Source: Clostridia bacterium (GTDB lineage: Bacteria; Bacillota; Clostridia; UMGS1883). From it: a stretch of DNA of 64,000 bases. This document shows positions 56,701-64,000 of the stretch, piece after piece; positions within the stretch are counted from its first letter, which is position 1; each line of letters starts with the position of its first letter. The notes beneath the pieces were generated by a model. That model made no database searches. It had not been told where the DNA came from and was given only the letters and a program-made list of their open reading frames with translations. Both the position numbers and the translations under genes were made by a program. Location of the stretch: NCBI GenBank assembly GCA_045651805.1, contig JAZRTB010000032.1:14178-78177 (forward strand), in the 5' to 3' direction.

Positions 56701-57273
56701 GAAGTTAAAGAGCGTTACGAGTTCCTGACAAATCAGGTTAATGATATGGAAAAGGCGAAGGCTGACCTTGAAAAGCTTATCGGTGAAATGATGGCTGTAA
56801 TGCGTGAGCAGTTCGCAGAAAAGTTCCTGGTTATAAACGAACTTTTCGGTAAGAGCTTTGTGGAGCTTTTCGGTGGCGGTAAGGCAGAGGTTAAGCTTCT
56901 TAACCCCCTTGACACTCTTGAAAGTCCCATTGAAATTGAAGTTCAGCCCCCGGGAAAGAAGCTACAGAGTATTACACTTCTTTCCGGTGGTGAGCACGCA
57001 CTTACTGCGATTGCACTTCTTTTTGCACTGCTTCAGGTATCTCCGGCACCGTTCCTTGTCCTTGACGAGATTGAGGCGGCACTTGACGATGAAAACGTAT
57101 ATCGTTTCGCAGATTATATCCGTAACTACGGTAATAACACACAGTTTGTCGTTATTACTCACAGACGCGGTACAATGGAAGCGGCAGATATTCTCTACGG
57201 TGTAACAATGCAGGAGAGAGGCGTAAGCAGACTTCTTTCAATGAAACTTGAAGATGTTGCTTTCGAAGAATAA
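53707..57273 (+). CDS. smc: Chromosome segregation protein SMC
   Basis: 1188 aa. N-terminal Walker A [24 protein letters not shown]. Long coiled coils, a hinge, and a C-terminal signature/Walker B ([17 protein letters not shown]...[11 protein letters not shown]). Confidence 0.95.
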   Translation: [1188 protein letters not shown]

Positions 57274-57288
57274 GAAAGGGTTAGTATA

Positions 57289-58221
57289 ATGGAATTTAAA
57301 GAAAAGAAAGGCCTTTTTGCAAGACTTAAGGAAGGTCTCGGAAAAACAAGAAATTCTTTTACAGAAAAGATTGATAACGTTTTTTCCGTATTCAAAAAAC
57401 TTGATGAGGATTTGTATGACGAGCTTGAGGAAGCACTTATTATGGCTGATATCGGCGGTATGACTTCCTGCGAAATCGTTGAGGAGCTTCGTGAAAGAGT
57501 AAAGGAAAAACATATTACGGATGGTGAAGTGGCAAAGGCAGAGCTTAAGGCGATTATTGCAGAAATCTTAAGTTCAAAGGATTACAAAATGCACCTTGAT
57601 ACAAAGCCATCTGTAGTTCTTGTTATCGGTGTTAACGGCGTGGGTAAGACTACCACAATCGGTAAGCTTACAAATAAACTTAAAAATGAAGGTAAGGATG
57701 TTGTTTTAGCTGCGGCAGATACTTTCCGTGCGGCAGCGGCAGACCAGCTTGAAATCTGGGCTGAAAGAAACGATGTTCCCCTTGTGCGTCTTGACGAAGG
57801 TGCAGACCCTGCGGCAGTTGTGTTTGATGCCTGCAACAAGGCGAAAAACCGTAATGCGGATGTGTGCATCTGCGATACGGCAGGCAGACTTCATAACAAG
57901 AAAAACCTTATGGATGAGCTTGGTAAGATTTACAGAGTAATTGACCGTGAACTTCCCGATGCTACAAAGGAAGTCCTTCTTGTGCTTGATGCAACAACAG
58001 GTCAGAATGCTGTAAATCAGGCGGAAGAATTTGATAAGGTTGCAAATATCACAGGTATTGTCCTTACAAAGCTTGACGGTACTGCAAAGGGCGGCATTGT
58101 GGTTAATATCTGTAAAAAGCTTGGTGTGCCCGTTAAATTTGTGGGTGTGGGTGAGGGTATTGACGACCTTCAGGAATTCGACCCCGAAAGCTTTGCAGCG
58201 GCACTTTTCGGTGACGAATAA
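57289..58221 (+). CDS. ftsY: Signal recognition particle receptor FtsY
   Basis: NG domain motifs GVNGVGKTTTIGKL, DTFRAAA and TKLDGTAKGG. Conserved position immediately after smc. Confidence 0.95.
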   Translation: MEFKEKKGLFARLKEGLGKTRNSFTEKIDNVFSVFKKLDEDLYDELEEALIMADIGGMTSCEIVEELRERVKEKHITDGEVAKAELKAIIAEILSSKDYKMHLDTKPSVVLVIGVNGVGKTTTIGKLTNKLKNEGKDVVLAAADTFRAAAADQLEIWAERNDVPLVRLDEGADPAAVVFDACNKAKNRNADVCICDTAGRLHNKKNLMDELGKIYRVIDRELPDATKEVLLVLDATTGQNAVNQAEEFDKVANITGIVLTKLDGTAKGGIVVNICKKLGVPVKFVGVGEGIDDLQEFDPESFAAALFGDE

Positions 58222-58237
58222 TGTGAAATTTTGAGAT

Positions 58238-58267
58238 AAAAACTGCGGGTTTTCCGCAGTTTTTTGC
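58238..58267 (+). terminator. Rho-independent terminator after ftsY (AAAAACTGCGG-GTTT-TCCGCAGTTTTTT)
   Basis: Stem plus U-tract read from the sequence. Confidence 0.65.
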
Positions 58268-58355
58268 TTTTTATTCACCAATTTATACCAAAATATCAGT
58301 TTGCAATTGACAGAAGTAAGGGGAAAGTGTAAACTTATGTAAAAGGGGTAGTGCT

Positions 58356-59186
58356 ATGAAAAACAATTTTGAATGCAGAAGAATATTGGTTGAAAATACT
58401 GCAAACAGCAGAGAGAAGCTTCTTATCAGAAAAAAGAAGCTTTATAATTATGACCTTCATTGGCACGACTGCTTTGAAATTGAGCTTGTGCTTAAAGGTA
58501 ATGCCTCGCAGGTTCTTAACGGTGAAAGCTATGAAATGTCACGCGGTGTTCTCTACATGCTCAATCCCACGGATTTTCACAGTATAAAAAGCGACGGGGC
58601 AGAGGTTTATAACATAATGTTCAGCGATGAGCTTCTGGACGAGGATGTTTTGCAGAAAATTCTCAGTATTGAAAAGAACATTCTGTTCAGGCTTGAAGAG
58701 CGTGAGATTTTGAGAGTGCAGTTTTTAATGTCGCAAATGCTTTATGAGTTTGAAAACAACAGCGATTTTTCAGACCTTATGATAAAGAACTATATGGAAT
58801 GTCTGTTTATGATTATAATGCGCAAATGCGAATTCGGAGAGGTTGAGAGTCGTAAATCAGAAAATGATTCCATAAGAAAGGCACTTCTTTACATACATAG
58901 CAGATTTCGTGAGAATCCGTCTCTTGTTCAGGTGGCAGAGGTTGCAGGATTCAACAAAAATTATTTCAGCGGTCTTTTCCATCAGGCAACGGGTAAGACA
59001 TACAAGGAATATATTAATGCATTGAAGCTTGAGCACGCGAAAAAGCTTGTTCTTACAAGTAATATTTCAATTACGGAAGTTTGCTACGCATCGGGATACA
59101 GTTCCCTTACAAACTTTTTAAGAGTTTTCAAAGAAAATTACGGAGTATCTCCGGCGGCTATGCGAAAGGCTCATAAAAACAAATAA
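58356..59186 (+). CDS. AraC family transcriptional regulator
   Basis: Cupin-like N-terminus and AraC HTH C-terminus (VAEVAGFNKNYFSGLFHQATGKTYKEY). Confidence 0.8.
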   Translation: MKNNFECRRILVENTANSREKLLIRKKKLYNYDLHWHDCFEIELVLKGNASQVLNGESYEMSRGVLYMLNPTDFHSIKSDGAEVYNIMFSDELLDEDVLQKILSIEKNILFRLEEREILRVQFLMSQMLYEFENNSDFSDLMIKNYMECLFMIIMRKCEFGEVESRKSENDSIRKALLYIHSRFRENPSLVQVAEVAGFNKNYFSGLFHQATGKTYKEYINALKLEHAKKLVLTSNISITEVCYASGYSSLTNFLRVFKENYGVSPAAMRKAHKNK

Positions 59187-59225
59187 ATAAAGCACTGAAA
59201 ACGTTTGTTTTCAGTGCTTTTTATT
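59186..59225. terminator. Bidirectional Rho-independent terminator between the AraC gene (+) and murC (-): AAAGCACTGAAAAC-GTTTG-TTTTCAGTGCTTT flanked by A/T runs on both sides
   Basis: 13-bp stem with A-run upstream and T-run downstream. Confidence 0.65.
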
Positions 59226-60609
59226 ATTCGGTATCGGAAAGAAGAATATCTCCGATTTTATAAACATCGCCGGCACCCATTGTAAGAACAATGTCGCCCT
59301 TTTTAGCTTGTGCTTTAATAAAGTTTGCCGCTTCATCAAAGGTTTTTTTGAAAACGGCATTAGGGATTGCATTTGCAAGCTGTTGTGCCGATACAAGGCC
59401 GGTATCCTTTTCGCGTGCAGCGTATATATCGGTAATAATGATATTCACACCGCTTTCGGTAAGAACTTTCACAAAGTCGTCAAACAAAGTTTTTGTTCTT
59501 GTATAGGTATGAGGCTGGAAAACACACCATACATTATTATACTTCATATCGCGTACGGTGGAAAGTGTTGCCTTAATTTCTGTAGGATGGTGCGAATAGT
59601 CATCAACTACCACAACTCCGCCCATAATGCCGCGTGTTTCAAATCTTCTGTGTGTGCCACCGAAGTGATGAAGGGAATCGCAGATATCTTCGGGGTCTAT
59701 ACCAAGATAATCAGCTGTGGCAAACGCGGCAAGTGCATCATAAACATTGTGAATACCCGGTACTGAAAGACGTATCTCGCCTGCAGGAGTACCTTTCTTG
59801 CAAACGGTGAAAGTATAGTGATTGTATCCGTTGTGAGTAAGGTTTGTAAATGAGTAATCAAAGTCGCCGTTTGCACCAAATGTAATAATTCTGCGGTTAA
59901 TTCCTGAAATTGCCTTTCTGATATTTTCATCCTCGCCGTTTACAATAACTGCACCGTCTTCGGGAGTGAGAAGGGCAAGACCGCGGAAGGTTTCAATAAT
60001 GTGGTCAAGGTCTTTGAAATAATCAAGGTGGTCTGCCTCAATATTTGTGATAACAGATACCTTGGGGAAGAAACGAAGGAAACTCTGATGATATTCACAG
60101 GCCTCGGCAATAAAGAAGTTTTTGTCTCCTATATGGACATTGCCGTGAATGATATCAAGTTCGCCACCGACTGTAATAGTGGGATTTTTTCCGCATTCAA
60201 CGAAAACGTGTGAAAGCATACCCGTTGTAGTTGTTTTGCCGTGGGTACCGCTTATTGCAATAGGACAGTCGTAACCCTTCATAATGATGCCAAGCATTTC
60301 AGCACGGTCAATCTGCATGATTCCAAGCTCGTTCGCGCGGACTCTTTCGGGATTGTCGTTTCCGATTGCGGCACTATATACTACAAGGTCGATAGTATCA
60401 TCAATATTTTCAGCATTGTGTCCGATGTGAATTTTTGCACCAAGCTCTGAAAGCTTATCGGTAAGAGGGGAAGAAGCTCTGTCAGAACCGCTGACAATGC
60501 ATCCATCCTTAAGAAGCATCTGTGCAATACCTGACATACTTATGCCACCGATGCCGATTAAATATATGCTCATACCATTTTTTACGGTAATATTGCTCAA
60601 AAAAATCAC
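59224..60609 (-). CDS. murC: UDP-N-acetylmuramate--L-alanine ligase
   Basis: N-terminal IYLIGIGGISMSGIAQML, the central Mur ligase ATP-binding motif GTHGKTTTT, and a C-terminal Mur ligase domain. Confidence 0.9.
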   Translation of the reverse strand: MIFLSNITVKNGMSIYLIGIGGISMSGIAQMLLKDGCIVSGSDRASSPLTDKLSELGAKIHIGHNAENIDDTIDLVVYSAAIGNDNPERVRANELGIMQIDRAEMLGIIMKGYDCPIAISGTHGKTTTTGMLSHVFVECGKNPTITVGGELDIIHGNVHIGDKNFFIAEACEYHQSFLRFFPKVSVITNIEADHLDYFKDLDHIIETFRGLALLTPEDGAVIVNGEDENIRKAISGINRRIITFGANGDFDYSFTNLTHNGYNHYTFTVCKKGTPAGEIRLSVPGIHNVYDALAAFATADYLGIDPEDICDSLHHFGGTHRRFETRGIMGGVVVVDDYSHHPTEIKATLSTVRDMKYNNVWCVFQPHTYTRTKTLFDDFVKVLTESGVNIIITDIYAAREKDTGLVSAQQLANAIPNAVFKKTFDEAANFIKAQAKKGDIVLTMGAGDVYKIGDILLSDTE

Positions 60610-60749
60610 TCGCCTTTACAAAATATAGTAAAAATAAGAAAAATTTTTAATTTTTATGTTGAAATACCTTACAATATTTGATATTATACATATTAGGTAG
60701 AAAAATCAATAGAAAAATAAAAAAAATTGATTTTTGGAGGGAAAAAAGT

Positions 60750-61028
60750 ATGCAGATTACAGACATTAAGGTGAGAAAGGTTTCTCAGGAAGGAAAAATG
60801 AAGGCAGTAGTCTCCGTTACCTTTGACAATGTTTTTGTAGTGCATGACATCAAAGTTATTGAAGGAAAGGAAAAACTCTTCGCAGCAATGCCCAGCAGAA
60901 AGTCTACGGACGGTACATACAGAGATATCGTACATCCCATCACAACAGAAATGCGTGAAGAGCTTCAGAATGCTATCCTGGCAAAATATGAAGAATTTCT
61001 TTCAACAGAACAAGAAGTGACAGAATAA
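60750..61028 (+). CDS. spoVG: Septation protein SpoVG
   Basis: 92 aa. [51 protein letters not shown] is the canonical SpoVG sequence. ATG 60750 after GGAGGG; the ORF-track start at 60678 is too far upstream. Confidence 0.85.
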   Translation: MQITDIKVRKVSQEGKMKAVVSVTFDNVFVVHDIKVIEGKEKLFAAMPSRKSTDGTYRDIVHPITTEMREELQNAILAKYEEFLSTEQEVTE

Positions 61029-61164
61029 TAAAGCAGCATAGAGATACTCAGATTTAATTAGTCTGAGTATCTCGCTTGGACATTACATAATATGCACCGG
61101 AACAGTTATTTGTATAATGCGCCGGAGCTTATGATAAAATAAATTTATATACGGAGGAATTCAA

Positions 61165-62124
61165 ATGATATCCCACGGCAACAACATCAAGTTATTCACA
61201 GGAAATTCAAACCCCAAACTTGCCGCAGAAATTGCAAAGCAGCTCAATCTTGAATTAGGTGAGGCAAGTGTAGGACTCTTCTCTGACGGAGAAATTTTTG
61301 TCAACCTTGGAGAGACTGTCAGAGGTAGCGACGTTTTCGTTGTACAGTCAACAAGTTCTCCCGTAAATGACAATCTTATGGAAATGCTTATTATGATTGA
61401 CGCGCTTAAGAGAGCATCTGCAGGAAGAATTACTGCAGTTATTCCTTACTTCGGTTACGCACGTCAGGACAGAAAGGCAAAGGCAAGAGATCCGATCAGT
61501 GCAAAGCTTGTTGCAAATCTTCTTACAGAAGCAGGCGCAGACAGAGTTCTTACAATGGACCTTCATGCTGCACAGATTCAGGGATTCTTTGATATTCCCG
61601 TTGACCACCTTCTTGGTGGACCCATTCTTGCACCTTACTTCCTTGATAAGTTCAAGGATAGTCTTGAAGATACTGTTGTTGTATCTCCTGACTTTGGTAG
61701 TGTTACACGTGCGAGAAACTTTGCGCAGAAGCTTAATGTGCCGATTGCAATTATTGACAAGCGTCGTCCCAAGCCCAATGTAAGCGAAGTTATGAATATC
61801 ATTGGTGAAGTTAAGGATAAGAGAGTTATCCTTGTTGACGATATGATTGATACTGCAGGTACTATCTGTCAGGCTGCACATGCACTTGTTGAAAAGGGCG
61901 GTGCGAAGGAAGTTTACGCTTGCTGTACACATCCCGTACTCAGCGGTCCTGCTATTGAAAGACTTGAAGCAAGCCCCATTAAAGAGCTTGTATGCCTTAA
62001 CACAATTGAACTTCCTGCTGACAAGATTATGGAAAAGACAAAGATTCTCAGCGTAGCTCCCATGTTTGCTGAAGCAATCGAGCGCATCTATGAAGATGTT
62101 TCTGTAAGTCCTCTGTTTGTATAA
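61165..62124 (+). CDS. prs: Ribose-phosphate pyrophosphokinase
   Basis: Motifs [18 protein letters not shown] and the PRPP-binding [13 protein letters not shown]. Conserved spoVG-prs-pth-mfd order. Confidence 0.9.
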   Translation: MISHGNNIKLFTGNSNPKLAAEIAKQLNLELGEASVGLFSDGEIFVNLGETVRGSDVFVVQSTSSPVNDNLMEMLIMIDALKRASAGRITAVIPYFGYARQDRKAKARDPISAKLVANLLTEAGADRVLTMDLHAAQIQGFFDIPVDHLLGGPILAPYFLDKFKDSLEDTVVVSPDFGSVTRARNFAQKLNVPIAIIDKRRPKPNVSEVMNIIGEVKDKRVILVDDMIDTAGTICQAAHALVEKGGAKEVYACCTHPVLSGPAIERLEASPIKELVCLNTIELPADKIMEKTKILSVAPMFAEAIERIYEDVSVSPLFV

Positions 62125-62204
62125 TAAATAGTTAAATAAACGATGCCGCCGCGAATCTCGTGGCGGCATTGTGAACGTTGTATGATTTTTGAAGGAGAAA
62201 AAAT

Positions 62205-62768
62205 ATGTATCTTATAGTTGGCCTCGGAAATCCCGGACGTGAATATGAAAAGACAAGACATAATGTAGGTTTTGTTGCAATAGACTATCTTGCACAGGAA
62301 ATCGGTGCGTCTATCAGTAAAATCAAGTTTAAAGGTCTTGTAGGTGAGGGATATATCGGAAGTGAGAAGTGTATTCTTCTTAAACCGCAGACATATATGA
62401 ATCTCAGCGGGGAAAGTGTACGTGAATGTGCGGAGTTTTATAAAGTGCCTGTTGAGAATATAATAGTAATATACGATGATATAAATCTTGAACCCGGCAA
62501 GGTGAGAATCCGTCCTTCGGGAAGTGCAGGCGGACATAATGGTATGAAAAGTATTATTTATCTTCTTAATTCCGACTCTTTTCCGAGAATCCGATTCGGT
62601 GTAGGGGCACCTCAGCACGATTTATCAAATCACGTGCTTGGTCATTTCAATGATGAGGATGGAGTAAGCGTTACAAAAGCAATAAAATGTATTGAAGATA
62701 TTATCGGTACAATTATAAAAAAAGATATAAATGATGCGATGAGTAAATTTAATAACAGGATGTTGTAA
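62205..62768 (+). CDS. pth: Peptidyl-tRNA hydrolase
   Basis: MYLIVGLGNPGREYEKTRHNVGF N-terminus and a catalytic His. Confidence 0.9.
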   Translation: MYLIVGLGNPGREYEKTRHNVGFVAIDYLAQEIGASISKIKFKGLVGEGYIGSEKCILLKPQTYMNLSGESVRECAEFYKVPVENIIVIYDDINLEPGKVRIRPSGSAGGHNGMKSIIYLLNSDSFPRIRFGVGAPQHDLSNHVLGHFNDEDGVSVTKAIKCIEDIIGTIIKKDINDAMSKFNNRML

Positions 62769-62769
62769 T

Positions 62770-64000
62770 ATGAATGCAATTAACAGTTTACTTGACAATT
62801 CGAAAGAGTTTAAAGTAATTACCGATAAAGCAAAAAAAGGTCTTTATCCAATAAATATCAGCGGTAGTGCAGATGCACAGAAGGCACATCTCATAGACAG
62901 TATAGCGAGAAATCTTGGAAAAAAAGTGTTCTTGATTACGTATAATGATATTCAGGCAAGAAGGCTTCTTGACGACCTTTCTTTCTTTTCTGATGATGAA
63001 TGTGTATACATTCCGCCGAAGGAAACCGTGCTTTATCAGGTAGAAGCATCGAATCACGAAATAGATAATAAGAGAGCCGCCGCAGTTGGTGAGCTTGCAA
63101 AAGGGGCAAATGCGATTGTGTCAATTGAGTCTTTGCTCCATTTTGTCGCGGATAAAAATGAGTTCAACTCTATGAATATGGAGTTTACCTATGGTGGAGT
63201 TACCAATGCTGATGAAATTAGTGAAAAGCTTGTAAAAATGGGATATACCCGTGTCGATATAGTCAATCTGAAAGGTCAGTTTGCAATCCGGGGCGGTATT
63301 GTTGATATTTATTCTCCCGACGCTCTTAATCCTATCCGTATGGAGCTTTTCGGTGATGATATTGATTCGCTTCGTTCTTTTGACTGTGATACTCAGATGA
63401 GTATAGAAAAAATTGACAGTGCAAGTATTATTCCCGTTAATATTGAAAATTCCAAGGCTACGATGCTTTCGTACCTTGATGATGAATATATAATTTTTAT
63501 TGACGAACCTGCCCGCGTAAGTGAGGCGGCAAAAGCTGCCGAGTGGGAAATAGGCGAGAATATAAAAACTCTCGCTGAAAAAAGTGTAAAGACAAACATT
63601 TCCGAATGTATTGCAAGCTATAGTGAAATCATATATGCGATAGGGAAAAGAAATACGATTACTTTGTGTGCTATATCAAGTGAATGTCCCGACCTTGAAA
63701 TCAGAGAAGAGCTTAAAATAACAGGTAAAGGTATTTCAAGCTACAGCGGAAATATTGAGTTTCTTGAATCGGATATCTTAAGGTGGAAAGATGAAGGTGT
63801 AAAGACAGTAATCCTCGGCGGAAGTACCTCCCGTGCGAAGAAAATTGCCGAAATGCTTGCGGACAGAGATATAAAAGCTTCGTATGAAGAAAATCCCAAG
63901 GAGCTTTCAGATAAATATGTCACAGTTATGCCGGGAAGCATTACAAGAGGTTTTGAGTATCCTCTTGAAGGTGTCGCGGTAGTAAGTGACAGGGAAATTT
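62770..64000 (+). CDS. mfd: Transcription-repair coupling factor Mfd, N-terminal part (continues beyond window)
   Basis: ATG at 62770 with the frame open to the window end. The N-terminus resembles the UvrB-homology region of Mfd. Conserved position after pth. Confidence 0.8.
   Translation, partial: MNAINSLLDNSKEFKVITDKAKKGLYPINISGSADAQKAHLIDSIARNLGKKVFLITYNDIQARRLLDDLSFFSDDECVYIPPKETVLYQVEASNHEIDNKRAAAVGELAKGANAIVSIESLLHFVADKNEFNSMNMEFTYGGVTNADEISEKLVKMGYTRVDIVNLKGQFAIRGGIVDIYSPDALNPIRMELFGDDIDSLRSFDCDTQMSIEKIDSASIIPVNIENSKATMLSYLDDEYIIFIDEPARVSEAAKAAEWEIGENIKTLAEKSVKTNISECIASYSEIIYAIGKRNTITLCAISSECPDLEIREELKITGKGISSYSGNIEFLESDILRWKDEGVKTVILGGSTSRAKKIAEMLADRDIKASYEENPKELSDKYVTVMPGSITRGFEYPLEGVAVVSDREI

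Noticed and set aside
61348-62618. Minus-strand ORFs 61348..62169 (273 aa) and 62088..62618 (176 aa)
   Set aside because: They are antisense to the well-supported prs and pth genes. They are Cys/Arg-rich nonsense translations with no RBS.
1-64000. CRISPR arrays / cas genes
   Set aside because: No spaced direct-repeat array or Cas-like protein was seen anywhere in the window. The tandem repeats noted are single pairs.

Overview
This 64-kb window looks like a Firmicutes (Clostridia-like) chromosome segment with four parts. All calls below rest on reading the translated ORFs and the DNA by eye; no database search or program could be run.

(1) Positions 1-26767 hold a large polysaccharide (pectin/rhamnogalacturonan-type) utilization locus. 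It encodes several big secreted proteins, three of which carry SLH cell-wall anchoring repeats and one an Fn3 module. It also encodes a GH105-like unsaturated rhamnogalacturonyl hydrolase, a GH78 alpha-L-rhamnosidase with the DCPHRERLGYTGDG motif, a FAD-dependent oxidoreductase, a clan GH-A-like hydrolase, L-rhamnose isomerase (RhaA), and an unusual mannose-6-phosphate isomerase::ROK sugar kinase fusion.

(2) Positions 26768-39255 are a visibly AT-rich accessory island wedged between rhaA and a tRNA-Glu(CUC) gene. It contains an excisionase/tyrosine-integrase pair, a Gabija anti-phage system (GajA, an OLD-family ATPase nuclease, plus GajB, a UvrD-like helicase), and two uncharacterised, translationally coupled gene cassettes. 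The first is a tandem HEPN-like protein pair, then a Lys-rich small protein, then a 558-aa unknown protein. The second is an XRE-HTH::DUF3990-like fusion, a 141-aa partner, and an N-terminally extended RES-domain (NADase-toxin-like) protein. These are the best candidates for undescribed defence or toxin systems. A 29-nt near-perfect direct repeat (27/29) brackets the RES plus Gabija module, which suggests cassette-like insertion.

(3) Positions 39547-53550 are chromosomal housekeeping and accessory genes: a GldA/F/G-like ABC transporter with a DUF4340-like protein, two Gfo/Idh/MocA oxidoreductases, a DAG-kinase-like lipid kinase, AraC regulators, a CapA-family protein, an RCC1-repeat lipoprotein, a GGGtGRT/NifU-like pair and a cytidylate-kinase-like protein.

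(4) Positions 53707-64000 are a conserved core block: smc, ftsY, an AraC regulator, murC, spoVG, prs, pth and the start of mfd.
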